DNA of 64,000 nt from Octopus vulgaris (lineage: Eukaryota), in NCBI GenBank assembly GCA_951406725.2, contig OX597822.1, forward strand, positions 32,488,001-32,552,000. The letters run 5' to 3'. The position numbers and the translations under genes were made by a program. This document shows, in pieces, positions 16,139 through 30,106 of the stretch (positions within the stretch are counted from its first letter, which is position 1; each line of letters opens with the position of its first letter). Below the pieces are notes generated by a model that made no database searches, was not told the origin of the DNA, and saw only the letters and a list, made by a program, of their open reading frames with translations.

Positions 16139-16211
<73 letters not shown>

Positions 16212-16229
16212 AAAGAGAGAGTGAGAGAT

Positions 16230-16908
16230 GTATATGTGGGCACAGAATATCATGAATCAAGCACAACAAAAAAGTACCAAGAACGAGTAAATGGAAGATG
16301 AACTATACTTTCGGACAACGAAAGACACAAATGGAGAACAAAAAAAACAACGATTCTCTGCACGATCTTTTTACTCTTACCTTTATTCTCTTTTTTGTCT
16401 CTCGTATTCTTTTACCGCCTCTTCTCCCATTGTTCTATCCTATTATTCTGTCACTCTTTCTCCTTCACTCCACCTCTCTTGCTCACGTGGCTCACACGTG
16501 ACCATCGGCCATCTACCTTTTTCTCCCTTGTAGCTGGTATAAGGAAGACCTGTTCTTTTCTGTCTCGTGTCCTAGCTTGATTCACGCTTTCGCCACCACG
16601 ACCTCGTTCAGGCTTAGCAGCCATTCCTGTTTGTTTTCACTCTCGTGTTTGTGTTGGCTATTTTGACCCTCCGCAAAATTCCAAATTTTATTTCATTTGC
16701 TTTGTGGGAGGAACTGTTTTATCGAAAGCGTACATTGTTGTTAATTGCTCAAAATACGAGACTAGAAAAATAACCAACAACTGATGAAGGGTCATTCTTT
16801 ATGCTGTCTATCTTTTCTCCATTTGTGTCTTTCATTGTTCGAAAGAACTGCTCATGGTCCATGTACTTCGTATGTTTTTGTTGTACACGTTTCATGATGT
16901 CCTGTGTC

Positions 16909-16915
<7 letters not shown>
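16230..16915. mobile_element. Element with imperfect ~100-bp terminal inverted repeats, possibly PLE-related
   Basis: 16230-16338 mirrors 16815-16915 (e.g. GAAAGACACAAATGGAGAA); its interior 16525-16618 recurs inverted at 17437-17530. Confidence 0.6.
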
Positions 16916-16946
<31 letters not shown>

Positions 16947-16949
<3 letters not shown>

Positions 16950-17223
16950 AATGTGAGGATAAAATTCTTTTCGAAAAAAAATATTTTCTCTAAAAAAATT
17001 TTAACAATGGCCAGCATATTAAAAAATACCTTTAACGGTTAAATTTATAAACAATTCATAAATGAGGGCAAAGGAAAAAATTTCTAATGTCAAATATGCC
17101 CGAAAAATTGGACATATTGTCCATTAACCATATACTGTGAAAAGATTATATGGTTAATGGACAATATGTTCAATTTTTCGGCATATTTGGAATTAGAAAA
17201 TTTTTCCTTTGCCCTCATTTATG

Positions 17224-17228
<5 letters not shown>
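16947..17228. mobile_element. Foldback element with one-sided tail
   Basis: Arms 17054-17133 / 17147-17227, short spacer, unpaired left tail, (TA)n flanks. Confidence 0.75.
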
Positions 17229-17309
<81 letters not shown>

Positions 17310-17339
17310 CACATATATAAACACATACATATAAGAGAC

Positions 17340-17544
17340 ATGACCACAAAGTGGACATCCGGTATGCTAGAAGTCGACACCCAGAGTTAATGAAATGATC
17401 TGTTTTCGAGGACCTTCATTGCCGGATAGTCAATAAAGCTGATCCTGAACGAGGTTGGGGTGGCGAACGCGTAAATCAAGCTAGGACAGGTGGCAAACAA
17501 GAACACGTCTTCCTTATTCCAGCTACAACGGAGAGTGACAGAGT

Positions 17545-17545
<1 letters not shown>
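17340..17545 (-). repeat. Fragment of the same repeat family as 16525-16618 and 18072-18133
   Basis: Visible sequence similarity (ORF-track peptides SLVAGIRKTCS and YPAMKxLENRxFH recur). Confidence 0.7.
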
Positions 17546-17603
<58 letters not shown>

Positions 17604-17626
17604 ACGTATAGATGTAAATATGTATA

Positions 17627-17767
17627 TTAGGTTGTCCCAAAAGTTCGTAAACACTTGCGAAAATTGAATTTTTACTCGCCAAGTACTAACAAAAACAACA
17701 AAAATATTTCCTCAAAATAAAGACCATTATTTTCCAAGACTTTCTACGAACTTTTGGAACAACCTTA
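17627..17767. mobile_element. Mariner-type MITE (141 bp)
   Basis: TIRs TTAGGTTGTCCCAAAAGTTCGTA / TACGAACTTTTGGAACAACCTTA with TA on both sides. Confidence 0.8.
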
Positions 17768-18299
17768 TATTATTTATGTTATATGTTTGAACGCCACGCA
17801 TCCTCTTCCAAGTAGTTTTTATCAGTATACATATGTATAAGATATATATATATAAAGTTAACATGTAGCATCGAATAGGTTTTCGTTTAGAACAAATGAT
17901 TTATGTGTATGCCTGTCTGTATGTACTTTTGTGTGGATGTATAGAGGTGTGCCGTGCTACTGATGGAGTTGTTGGATATGTTGCTTTTCATGAGAAAGGT
18001 TCCCACTTAGAAAAAAAACTATTCTTCTCGTCCAAATTTTTAACTTCGCTTTCATTTCTGTGTATTGTATTTAGGATCAGATTTATTCACTATCCAGCAA
18101 TGAAGGGACTCGAAAACAGATTGTTCCATTAATCACCTCCTTCCATGTTTGGGACAGTGGAGTAATTTCAGCAACTCTCTACATTTTTGAAAGGTGTTTC
18201 TAAAATGACATTGCTATAGAATATGGCCGAGAGAAATTTTTATTCCGAATTTAGCGAAAATAGAAATTTGAAGGTTACGTCAGATAATTCGATATATAC

Positions 18300-19040
18300 T
18301 TCAGTCAGTTTATTCCAGTTCTTCAGATATGAGATGATCACAGGTTTTGAAATACTAGATTATGACGTATGCACGGAAATGTTATATCCTGTTTTAGCAA
18401 TCTACGTCAAACTACAGGAAGATAACTTGAAGAACGCTCGGTTTTCAGCAAATGTATTGTTACTAACTTCGGGAAATATTCCTGTGCTATATTTGCTGCA
18501 GCATTAAAAGAGTTGCCATGTGCTTTCCAGAAATTTATAACTGACAAAAGAAATGAAAACGGTAGAAAAGCTATAAAGGGCAACTAAAATATTTCTTGAA
18601 ATACTATCATTGATATTGGATTCACTTTAACATTAAGAATCTGAAAAATATTTCATGAATATATATCTAAACCTTCGTATCTGTCCGGATGCAATATATT
18701 TTCAAGTATTGAATTATTAATATCATTTGGTATTTATATCAAATATTTCCAATAGCACAAAAGTTTTTGAATACTTCAGTATTATTTTTCAAGACATCGA
18801 GACAGTGGGAATCCAGTAACGGCAAAACAAATGCATATGTCAAGTTTGGATTGCTCCACTCTTAAATAAACAAGATTCTACATTATATACAGCATAAGCT
18901 TTACTTCTAAAACATAGGATAGCCTTCCCCAATTTTATGTTTGATTTCGATCATTCTCTTACTAGTACTAGCATTCTGGTATTCTCATATTTCTATAAAA
19001 TTTCCGAATGTTTTACAACGCATTTCTGATGTCCTATAAT
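18300..19040 (-). pseudogene. Highly degenerate hAT transposase C-terminal (dimerization) remnant
   Basis: Minus-strand ILHPDRY (cf. ATxLDPRYK) and INFWKAHGNSFNAAANIAQEYF...ERSSS (cf. hATC WWK..FP.LA..A..YL...ER.FS). Confidence 0.42.
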
Positions 19041-19891
19041 GCATATCTATGCATGTGATTGAAACGTATATATATATATATATATATATATATCATTTCA
19101 TCTCATCTAGGTCGCATATATGTGTATGTATATATATGTATGTATATTTCTGTGTGCATATGTATGTAAGTATGTATTTGGTTGGTGATGCATCTACACC
19201 GTTACACAAAGAGGATTTAGTTGTCCATTCAGTCCCTAATATCACCCTGATTTAAGGTGTAATTGTTCGAACATAGAAGAGACGAGACAGGTATGCTCTT
19301 AAGGCAAACGACATATGGAGTCAGCGTGTCACAGTATGTCACAAGTTTACATGCATTTTCTTTAAGTTGCAGCTGAAATCGAACTTCTGCACAGCATCTA
19401 TCTACTCAAATTTATTCTCGTGACTCTAGCAAACGACTGATTTTTTTTTTCAGATCCCCCACAGTAGGATTGAACCGGAATCTTGTCTTTACAAAACAAA
19501 CTTCTTCACGATACATCCATATACTGATACTTACGGTATTTTCAAGTGGTGTTTTAGGTCATATCAATGTTTCATATATTTTTTGGATGCGGCTTCATTC
19601 CTCCTGAAATAATCCAATGCGGCATTATATTTTCATTATTTCCTTTATCATTTTTGCGACATTATAATCAATGCCGCGTTATAATCATATGTAAAACATT
19701 TGGCATGATCGTTTACAACACACTTCCGCAATATTGATGAAATTCGAATTTGATAATAAAATTACGGATTTTAATTAAACTATGTGGTAAAATAATTCGA
19801 AATTTCAAGGATTTTTGATTTCGCGATTGGTGGGACACTTACATATTACTGGTTGTTATATCTCCGAATGATAACAGTTATTGAACGTATA

Positions 19892-20027
19892 GGCGTAGGA
19901 GTGGCTGTGTGATAAGTAGCTTGCTTAACAATCACATGGTTCCGGATTCAGTCCCACCTTGGGCAAGTGTCTTCTGCTATAGCCTTGGCTGACCAAAGCC
20001 TTGTGAGTGGATTTGGTAGACGGAAAT
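19892..20027 (+). mobile_element. SINE family A, 3'-truncated
   Basis: GGCGTAGGAGTGGCTGTGTG head through GGTAGACGGAAA. Confidence 0.85.
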
Positions 20028-20028
20028 A

Positions 20029-20245
20029 TAACAATTGCAGCGTGGAAGGTGATTATAAACCATTTAAAACCCCACAAAATCCGTGAGATACACTTCAACA
20101 TTTAAGTTTAACAGACCGCGACCTGTTCACTATCAAAATTTCGTACTGCATCTTAAATGGCTTATAAACACCTTCCACACTGAAATAGTTTTCGTTGCAG
20201 CACACGATCTCAGATCAGGTCACCTGCTATGCAAGTACATCTCCG
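20029..20245. mobile_element. Small inverted-repeat element (MITE-like)
   Basis: CAGCGTGGAAGGTGATTATAAACCATTTAA / TTAAATGGCTTATAAACACCTTCCACACTG. Confidence 0.6.
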
Positions 20246-20301
<56 letters not shown>

Positions 20302-20304
<3 letters not shown>

Positions 20305-20588
20305 GAGGCGCAATGGCCCAGTGGTTAGGGCAGCGGACTCGCGGTTTTGATTCCTAGACCGGGCGTTGTGAGTGTTTATTGAGTGAAAACACCTAAAAAG
20401 CTCCACGAGGCTCCGGCAGGGGGTGGTGATCCCTGCTGTGCTCTTTCACCACACTTTCTCTCACTCTTTCTTCTGTTGGCCTGCTCGCTTAGCCAGCGGG
20501 GTGGCATCATTCGAAGGCTAAAACAATGCGAACGCATTGTGGCCAGCGATGTGTAACAACATCTGATGGTCTGGTCGGTCACGTGATC

Positions 20589-20590
<2 letters not shown>
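20302..20590 (+). mobile_element. tRNA-derived SINE, family B
   Basis: GTGGAGGCGCAATGGCCCAGTGGTTAGG A-box head; homologous to the copies at 60371 and 38645. Confidence 0.82.
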
Positions 20591-20628
<38 letters not shown>

Positions 20629-22091
20629 TTTATACATCAAATTTCTCATCTTGTTTAGGGAGTGCGTGAATGAATCATCCTCCCAGTTACTGTTCCGGCA
20701 TAAATTGCCTTCCAATATTAGCACTAAGTTGCTCACCTATGCAAAGCAACTTTTTTTGATGTACTAAATTGAGGTTGCGATTACATACATTAACACATAG
20801 ATTCCAATGTTTTAAATGCATTATTAAAATTCATTACTTGAAAAATGATGTATTACAAAATTTACAAAGCTGTTTCAAATACAACGCATGTAAAACATTC
20901 TATTTCTTCCTTGTTAAACGTTTCTATTTGTTTATTCTGCAAAAATATTGAAGAATCATGCTCTTTAGATAAAATATAGTTTTACAGCATTTAAAGTAAG
21001 TTTAAATATTATAATATTAAGAGATCGATTTAGGAGTATGGAACAGGAATATTTTAGAAATCTAAACAAAATTAAACGTTAAAATATGAAAAAATAAATA
21101 AAGTCCTCTCTTTCATGTCCTTATAAATTGCATCTACTCTTTCCGAAGATATGAATTCTAAATGTAAAACTTTATAATTATGACGTTCCAGATATACTTC
21201 ATGACACATTCTCCCACTATCAATAGGCATTTAGATCTATTTATTTCATCTATCTCTCTTTCTATCCATCCTACTATTATATATACGTTTATACATACAC
21301 AAACACATATATAGATACGTACGTGGAATTATGACCATATGTATATGTGTGTATGTGTGTGCGAGCGTGTATGTATGTAAGTATAAATATATGAATATAT
21401 ATCTGTGTGTATATGTATTTATATATATATATACATGACAAAATTGAGTGTGTTAATGTGTGAACGAAAGAGTAAATAAAATATGAAGGGAAAGAAAACA
21501 GTTCAGCATGACAAAGCGAAAACCTCGAACATTCCTTTCCAGTGACTTTTCTGTTCAACAGCTCCTACTTCTTGGTTTCCCTTCTTTTGTTTCTCCATAT
21601 TCCCTTTTTGCCATTGTTCTAATCTATCTATCATCGCTGAACAAAGCTTTTTGTTGGTGCATTATTCTAGATGTCATCTGAATCCCATTGCATAATTTAG
21701 AATCTGATACCGGTTCATTGTTTGCAAAGAAGGAAATATATATGTGGTTACAAACTTACATATAGGTCTGCGCACGTGTGTATATGTGTCTGAATGTGTC
21801 TGTATGTGTGTGTGTATGTGTAAGTGCGCGCGTGTGTGTGTTGGAGTCCACCAATCCACACCAGTACAATTATCAACTTTTCACATACCAGAATCTGGAT
21901 TCCAGATTTTTTTGTTATTCCCTGTTGTATAGATTTCTTTGTGTATATTTATTTGCATTACCAATGTTATAGAAGTATATTATAACCTGTCTTCATGCTG
22001 TTGACTGCCTGCTTATACATTTGTTCCGTTACACACATACATATACACACACACATACATACACACACATTTATATGAGTATATGTATGTA

Positions 22092-22413
22092 TATATTAAT
22101 ATTTAGCAGAAATAACAGTGTGACTCAAGGTTCTAGTGCCAATGCATGAAATTCTCGGACTACGAATCACTCTGTTACTTCTGCTCAATATTAATAAATA
22201 TAAAAGTAATAATAAAAGGGAAAGTTAATTAATTAAATTTAATTAATTAATTAATCAATCAATTAATTAATAATTTTACCAAGTACATCGTTACGTGAAA
22301 ATAACCTTTATAGTTAAAATTATACAAAGATTCTATAATTATAAACATAATTATAATTAGAAGCAATTAGCTGATCCGTAATTATAATTATGTTTATAAT
22401 TATAGAATATTTG

Positions 22414-22467
<54 letters not shown>

Positions 22468-22580
22468 AGAGTGACACAAAGTTCGAGAGTATCGTACATT
22501 GACACTTGATAAATGCCAACGCATGAAGCTCTTAGACCTTGAGTCACTCCGTTACTTCCGCTAATTAGTAATAAAAATAT
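22092..22580. repeat. Cluster of small foldbacks (22095-22197; 22322-22416 with tail from 22200; related copy 22465-22575)
   Basis: Visible inverted arms; decayed hammerhead-like stem AUGC(CAAC)GCAU-GAAG at 22506-22528 and GUGC(CAAU)GCAU-GAAA at 22136-22151. Confidence 0.62.
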
Positions 22581-22669
22581 ACATATAATTGTATTATGAG
22601 TTCTTATTTTGCTGTTTGCATCAACATACCTGTATACACACACACATGTGTATATATATATATATATAA

Positions 22670-22970
22670 CAGTTTTAAGAATAAAGACCGCACGTGGTGT
22701 AATTAAGTCAAAAGAAAAAAAGGAACAAAGAAAATGTTCACTCGGTATGAATGTAATGGTATTTTTTTAAAAGCAAATACATATATACAGAGAAATGAGT
22801 TGAAGTTATATTAAGACGTATTAAAATCATTATAGAAATCATTCTTTTGACCTTTCTAATGATTTTTATACATTTTAATATAACTTCAACTCATTTCTTT
22901 TTATATATATATATTTGTTCTAAATGTCATGTCTAGTGAGCTGTTTTTGTTTCTTTTTTCTTTTCACTAT
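22670..22970. repeat. Imperfect foldback element
   Basis: AGAAATGAGTTGAAGTTATATTAA / TTAATATAACTTCAACTCATTTCT, with decaying outer arms and (TA)n flanks. Confidence 0.65.
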
Positions 22971-23520
22971 ATATATATATATATATATTAATATGCATGT
23001 ACAGAGAGAGAGAGAGTGGGTGGGTGTGAGTGAGTGAAAGAGAGAGAGAGAGAGAGAGCAAATCATAAGAGATGGAGAATAGTTGACCTGATCGTACATT
23101 GCTTTACTAATGACATGTTATTAACCGGATTCCCCTATAAGATACATTTTCAAACCTAAATTATGAATAGATTTGTTCGTGGAAACAGTTTAATAGGAAA
23201 TGCTCATATATGCAGTAGAAAAGAAAAAAAGAAATTGAAGATTCATACATACAATAACGTGTAAATATTGCCATGTTTCTGTTCAAAACACACAATATAA
23301 TCAAGCTACATGTTGTAATAAAAATATACATAACTACCACTCTTTGCACATGCACGTGTACATGGGTATCATGTGAATATGTGTCTGTTGCTTTGGAGTG
23401 ATTTGTGTGTGTCATTCTTAAAAAAATCAGCTCCTTTCGTAACATTACATTTAATTCGAAGATTACTTCCTTCCCTGAAGAATACACGCATTCATTCACA
23501 CTTACATATCGAACCATATT

Positions 23521-23572
<52 letters not shown>

Positions 23573-23677
23573 TATATATATATGTATGTACGTATGCATG
23601 TATATATGTATTTTTATGGGTGTATATACATATATATATGTATATATATACATATATGGATATATATGTATATATAA

Positions 23678-23754
<77 letters not shown>

Positions 23755-24513
23755 TCACTTTGGAATTACATCTTAGTCTGCAAATTGCTTTACAAGTAAT
23801 TTTTTCCTATCTTTCACCTAGGGCTATAGTGAAAAATTAAAACAAGATAGCAAAAAGCATATGAAATACAAATAGAAATAAAAACCTGTAAACTGTTATA
23901 TGTGTGAGAAAGACAATAAATATTGTAAAACCAAATGAATATGTATAAAAGATAAAAAGATAATAATTACAACAATGATAATAATATTTTGAATCTTAAT
24001 TTTAATCCTGCTGTAGTAATTGATACAATATATTATAGGTTTGCCTCAGGTTTTCTTTGAATTTATCTAAATATGTAATGTAAGAGAAACGAAAGCAATT
24101 TCAGCTAATACACTTAACGACGAAAATGAAGCATTTAAGAATTTTTGCAATAATCATTACAAATGTATATTCGAAGACGTTTTATTTTTCTCTTTCAGAT
24201 TGATAATAAGTTTTGTGATGATGTGATTCACAAACGATTAAAATCAAAATTGTCCTCGATAGATTTACCACGTGAAGTTTGCATAATATCGTTCTCACAA
24301 CCATGGTTTTGTATATGTATAAGAGGAACGTTAATAATTATGAACAAGTCACAATTATTACTAAACTGATTTCAAAACCCCGACATGTTTAGAAATAGCA
24401 GTCAAAACCGTTATAAAGCCTTGTTTATCACTTATGTTATTTCCCTTCACGATGAAAGCTGTCTGCGGTCGAACTGACAAATAGAATCCACAACTTTAAA
24501 ATAACTGCTTAAG

Positions 24514-24573
24514 TCTCTATTGCAATTTCGACTCTGGGGACCTATTAATGGATCCATTCGTATCTTCAGGGGA
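24514..24573 (-). ncRNA. Candidate type I hammerhead (intact core, weakened stems)
   Basis: UCCC-CUGAAGA-UAC...GUC-GAAA-UUGCAA-UA-GAGA; palindromic stem III; ~1.1 kb downstream of a GIY-YIG remnant. Confidence 0.45.
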
Positions 24574-25659
24574 ATATTCCTATAGACAGAAATCAATACA
24601 AGACCTTACCTTGAGGCTGACATCTTCCTCGAAATGTATGAACCTCTATCTACACATTCAAGTTTGGGATTCAAATACCATGCGCAGCGTCTTGGAGAAA
24701 AGACCGGTATATATATTTCAACTCTGAGTTTGATCAGCAATGCAAAACCGGTCCTTACTTCAATCCTGTTGAACGTACACGACCTTATTTTGTAAAACAA
24801 AATGTATAATATCTTTATTATCATGGCTCTAGTATACTCTTACATCCTGCAAAACAAACCTTGTGTGTTTTTCATCTTTTCTCTTTGTCTATATATATCC
24901 ACGACGTGTGTTTCCCCATTAAACTTTTTTCTACCTTATAAATATATATAGTGGTCAGTCAAGATAAATTGATAGTAGGAATGAGGATTTGAGGTTGATA
25001 GAGAGAGAAAGATATGAGTGTGTAAAAAATAAAAAAGATGATAGGATAAAGCGCAAACGAGTTTCGAATAGAAAGAATGTGAGTGGTAGAGAGAGAGTTA
25101 TAATAGTGTAAAAAGTAAAGGAGTGTCAGGTATGTAGAGACAGAGCCTAATTCATAGGCCATAGAGAGGGGGTAGGGGTAGTAATTTGGTGGAATGAAAA
25201 ATTTGGGAAAATAGATTACGTTCGTTGGACAGGTCAAAGCGTAGTAGTAGAAGAATATATATATATGAAGATGTATACAGATGCATATATTAAACATGTA
25301 TATATATATTTATACAGATATTCATATATATTGACATCTAGACATACAACTCGTACTCATATGTATATGTACATATATACACTCATATATACGCGTATCT
25401 GTATGTTTTATCGCTCCTGCACACACAGGTATATATACATTGTATACATACATCCACACATACACACATACAGATATATACATACACATGCATTTATGTA
25501 TGCACGCATATACACACGAATATAATTAAATGGCTGAGATATTCGAGTATGAAAGAGGAATTCGATAGGAGTTAAAATGTGGCGTTATAAGGTTATTGGG
25601 ATTATATAAGGGTTATTGTGGAAATATACTGTATGGTCATTTAGGCATTTGGATTTGAG

Positions 25660-25920
25660 TTAGAATTTGAATGTGTGAAAAAAAGCGGTGGTTGCATGTG
25701 CTTAGTGCCTCATATTTATTTAGCAGTGATGGAGAGTTGTGCTTTAATATGTGAGTGCCTCCTTCAGCTAAAGCTAGCAGTTTGAGCGGTGACGTCGGTA
25801 AGGAAGCCCTGAATCCAGTATGGACCATAGAGAATAGGGTATATTCGTATTTTTGAGATGATGTATGTGTTGTAGAATTAATATGTTTATCGTATCTAAA
25901 AGAATAGACGTGAGCGGCAC
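25660..25920 (-). pseudogene. Penelope-like element GIY-YIG endonuclease C-terminal remnant
   Basis: HVYSFRYDKHINSTT / KNTNIPYSLWSILDSGLPYR..NC*L*LKEAL / HILKHNSPSLLNKYEALSTCNHR, matching the PLE pattern H..SF..NST..W.I..C.LCL.E..LLNK.E..S.C.H. Confidence 0.8.
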
Positions 25921-27176
25921 ACACTAACATACAACTATATCAAAGGAGAACGGGTGAAAACGGCCTAACGTCCATGATACGATTTTATACTTATGTACAT
26001 TATTATTAATTTAAAGTATTAATTGCCTATAAATTTTTATAGCATGCTGACGACTTGATAATAATTATTTACTAATTTTTATCCTTATATTCTTTTATGA
26101 ATTAATATTTGTGCGTGTGTGTGTGTGTGTGTGTTGCGTGTGAGCGTGTCTGTGAATTTATGTGTGTATATTTATACGACGCACTTCTTTGAAAAGCACC
26201 AACCTCACCTGAATCTGAACATAAAACCAATTTCTGGCTATGTACATATACTTGTTCGTAAATATATATCTTTTTAATCTAAATATAATGAATTCACTAT
26301 TTTTAAAAAAAATGAATTTCTTCTAATTATAACAATCACTGATTACCTCCCCTAAAATAGATTTACCTCCCGATTCCTGAACAAATTATCCTTCTTCTTT
26401 CAAATCTGGATGGAAAATATTACGATAGTACGTAATTGTAATATGATGACTAACCATTAACTTATGTATGTAAATATATTATTTCATGAGAAATATTTCT
26501 TGCAGCTTAAAACTTCTATGTATTTTCCTTCTTTTTATATTTTATTCGACATGTGTGTGTATGTATGTGTGTGTGAATCTGTGTATGTGTATGCACACCC
26601 AATCGCCTTTAAATCAACTTATAACCTTCATTTACCAGCATTCTTCCGCTGAATACTTTGTCTCGCCTCTATTACTCTCTTATTAGATAAAAGAGTTAAA
26701 GTTAACATTTATTTTCGCTTTCTTCATTGGTCTTATACAGAGTTGTTTTATGTTGGCATGTTTCCATTGTCTTATTTCTGTCACGAATGATTGTTATTTT
26801 CTTAGTATTTCTGGTTTACTGCCCCAGTGTCTAAAGCTCTACAAAACCTTTGTCTTTTCCCATTGTAATGTCTCTGTCCAAATCGTTAAGGCGTAAGACA
26901 TTTAATTTTCATTTATGTGAGGTAGTGTGTTTCCTAATGTCTGACTCTTCGATAAAAAGCTTCACTGCATATTTTTCATATATTTTCCATCTCGTTTGCA
27001 CTATCAATCATTAGCAACCGTATCCATGATTGTTGAACGTTACTTGACTAATATGATGCTGTCTTCTGTCTCGAAATCCCTTAAAGTACCTAAGAGATCA
27101 GCCTGATGATAGAAAGTTTCCTCTTTTGTTTCGTAAATGTTTTCATATTTTATGACAGCAAGTTCTAATATATATG

Positions 27177-27290
<114 letters not shown>

Positions 27291-27520
27291 TGTATGTGTG
27301 TGTGTAAATTTTTAACATCACAAAAATTTACAAATTTAAAGTGAAATGCATTTCTTTTTTATAAACGTTTTACCTTAAAACAGATACTGACAACAAATAT
27401 TAGGAAAAGATCTGTCGATTTTTTCTATACAAAGTTTATACCGTCACAATATTTAAATATTTACACGCTTTTATCTATTACTTATCCGCTTAAAGATCCA
27501 ACGTTCGAAAGATGAGTTCG

Positions 27521-27583
<63 letters not shown>

Positions 27584-28041
27584 GTGTGTGTAAACATGTA
27601 CTATAATATATGTTAAACCGTAGATACCTACACATTTTCTTTCTTTATTGTATATTGTTTCCTGTACATTTGAAATATTTTTTACATGTAGGTACACAAA
27701 CATATATGAAAATGTATTATAGGAAGAAGAGTAACGATAAGTAAGAAAATCGATGTAATATTTGAACAGTCACATGAGAAAATGTTTCTGCACCTACGAT
27801 GCGCACAACTATTTGTGCAGCATTTAACCTCTAGGTACCAGTGCATAATGAGTCGAAACGATTGTAATATTTTTGAATGTTTATAATTATGAACAAGTCA
27901 AAATCATTACTAAAATGGTTTCAAAACCCTTACATATTTAGAAATAGCAGTGAAAACCGCTATAAACCATTTTTATCATTTATATTATTTCTGACAAATA
28001 GTGTTCACAATTTATATATGTATAAATGTACGTATATATAT

Positions 28042-28253
28042 TCTTTTACTCTTTTACTTGTTTCAGTCATTTTACTGCGGCCATGCTGGAGCACCGCCTT
28101 TAGTCGAGCAACTCGATCCCGGGACTTATTCTTTGTAAGCCCAGTACTTATTCTATCGGTCTCTTTTGCCGAACCGCTAAGTGACGGGGACGTAAATACA
28201 CCAGCATCGGTTGTCAAGCAATGCTAGGGGGACAAACACAAACACACACATAT

Positions 28254-28304
<51 letters not shown>

Positions 28305-28463
28305 TACGACAGACTTCTTTCAGTTTCCGTCTACCAAGTCCACTCACAAGGCATTGGTCGGCCCGGGTCTATAGCAGAAGACACTTGCCCAAGAAGCCAC
28401 GCAGTGGGACTGAACCCGGAACAATGTGGTTGGTTAGCAAGCTACTTACCACACAGCCACTCC

Positions 28464-28465
<2 letters not shown>
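28042..28465 (-). mobile_element. SINE family A
   Basis: Highly similar to 1148-1554. Confidence 0.9.
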
Positions 28466-28515
<50 letters not shown>

Positions 28516-28681
28516 AAATTAGAAAATGGAGAAACATACTTAAATAAATTAATCATCAACCATCAGATAATGCCCAATCAATACTTTATTACACCATTAC
28601 ATAACAGCAAAGACATTATGCATAATATATTGTAAATATAACTAGACATAGAAATAGAAATATAAAATACAATTACATCAT

Positions 28682-28796
28682 ATTTGACAGCTGTTTCGGC
28701 CGTGAGGACAAGTATGTCTCATTTAACCTATTAGCCACATAAAGCAGGTATAAATGAGACATTAACAAGGATGTCTCACAGCCTTTTCAGAGAATT
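28682..28796 (-). ncRNA. Decayed hammerhead-like motif with ~85-nt stem II
   Basis: CUGAAAA-GGCUGUGAG...CUCACGGCC-GAAA-CAGCUG-UC; G8-to-A change and weak stem I; lies in a (TA)n-flanked insert at ~28515-28887. Confidence 0.6.
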
Positions 28797-28880
28797 AATA
28801 TAAGTGTGAAAAAAATTTACATATAGCAGTATATTGGATATATGTTATGCCATGTTGGGTTGAATGTTCAACCCCTATCT

Positions 28881-28971
<91 letters not shown>

Positions 28972-29003
28972 TATATAAATACATATACACACATATATGT
29001 ATG

Positions 29004-29035
<32 letters not shown>

Positions 29036-29040
29036 CATAC

Positions 29041-29089
<49 letters not shown>

Positions 29090-29745
29090 TATATGTATAT
29101 ATGCTAATTCGTTACTTCCCCTAATTCATCATTTTCAATTTTCTCCTTGTGATCACAAATAAGGCGAATATTTCATCATTTTTTTTTTTTAATTAATTTT
29201 CTTTTTCACTTTTAAAACGAAGCACACAAGCTTAAATACAGACGTAAAGAATTTTGTGTAAATAATTTTTTATATGAAAATGATAAAAAATTGGGGGCTT
29301 TTCAGGAAAAAAGATTCTGAATATATGCCTTTTGTCTTAAAATAGGTTGGGCTCATTTTTAGGAAATGTCCAGCAATGCTTTTATAATTTTTGTGTAAAT
29401 AAAATATATTACCTTTTTAAAATATTTATCTCGGATGCAGTATTTTAAGTACAGTAGAATTTTAATTTAAAATACTAATTAGTTTCCTATACAGATGACG
29501 AATTAGGCACATTCTCCTGTAGAAATGTTGTCCTATACTTTACCATGTGTAATAAATTAATAATATCAACATGCGTGCGCCCGCAATTTTCATTGTAAGA
29601 TATATTTATGTATGCATGTATACATACTATGTGTGTATAAATATATATGTCTATTTATGTATGTATGTATGAATATATGTGTGTAATTCTATACATAAAT
29701 ATATATATTTATGTATAGACATAAATATATATATGTATGTACGTA

Positions 29746-30106
29746 TGTCATTGTTCAGATTATTTCAAGATTTCTTGCCAACAGAGAAAGAACCGGGTTC
29801 TAACCTAGATCCAAGGCTCCTTCATTGGAATTTCAACATCAACAACAGGCTATTTTTGTTTGTATGTATGTATATATGTAAATATGTATGTATGAGCAGT
29901 TTTGCAGGTTTTATGTATGTATTCTCATGCATAGAGTTGCATATCCAGACATGCTCATCTATATATTTAAATGATAAATTTCTGGAAAGTTTTACAGATT
30001 CTTACAGTTCCCGTAATGGATTGGATCTGTAGTCTTCGAATTAGCTTTCTCCTATCTGCTTTTGATGAGCCTAAGTTCTCAAGACTGGTATTTAGGCATG
30101 GCGCCA
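29746..30106 (-). mobile_element. 3' end of an RLE-type (R4/Hero/NeSL-like) non-LTR retrotransposon in (TATG)n
   Basis: CLNTSLENLGSSKADRRKLIRRLQIQSITGTVRICKTFQKFII* (stop at 29967) resembles an RLE C-terminus; 3' UTR follows; GTAT repeats on both flanks. Confidence 0.65.

Noticed and set aside
16745-16835. CTGATGA at 16781 as a hammerhead core
   Set aside because: No properly placed stem II-GAAA; a permuted (type II) fold would need several assumed mutations.
24181-24369. Strong splice acceptor followed by an open frame
   Set aside because: No recognisable protein, donor site or partner exons.
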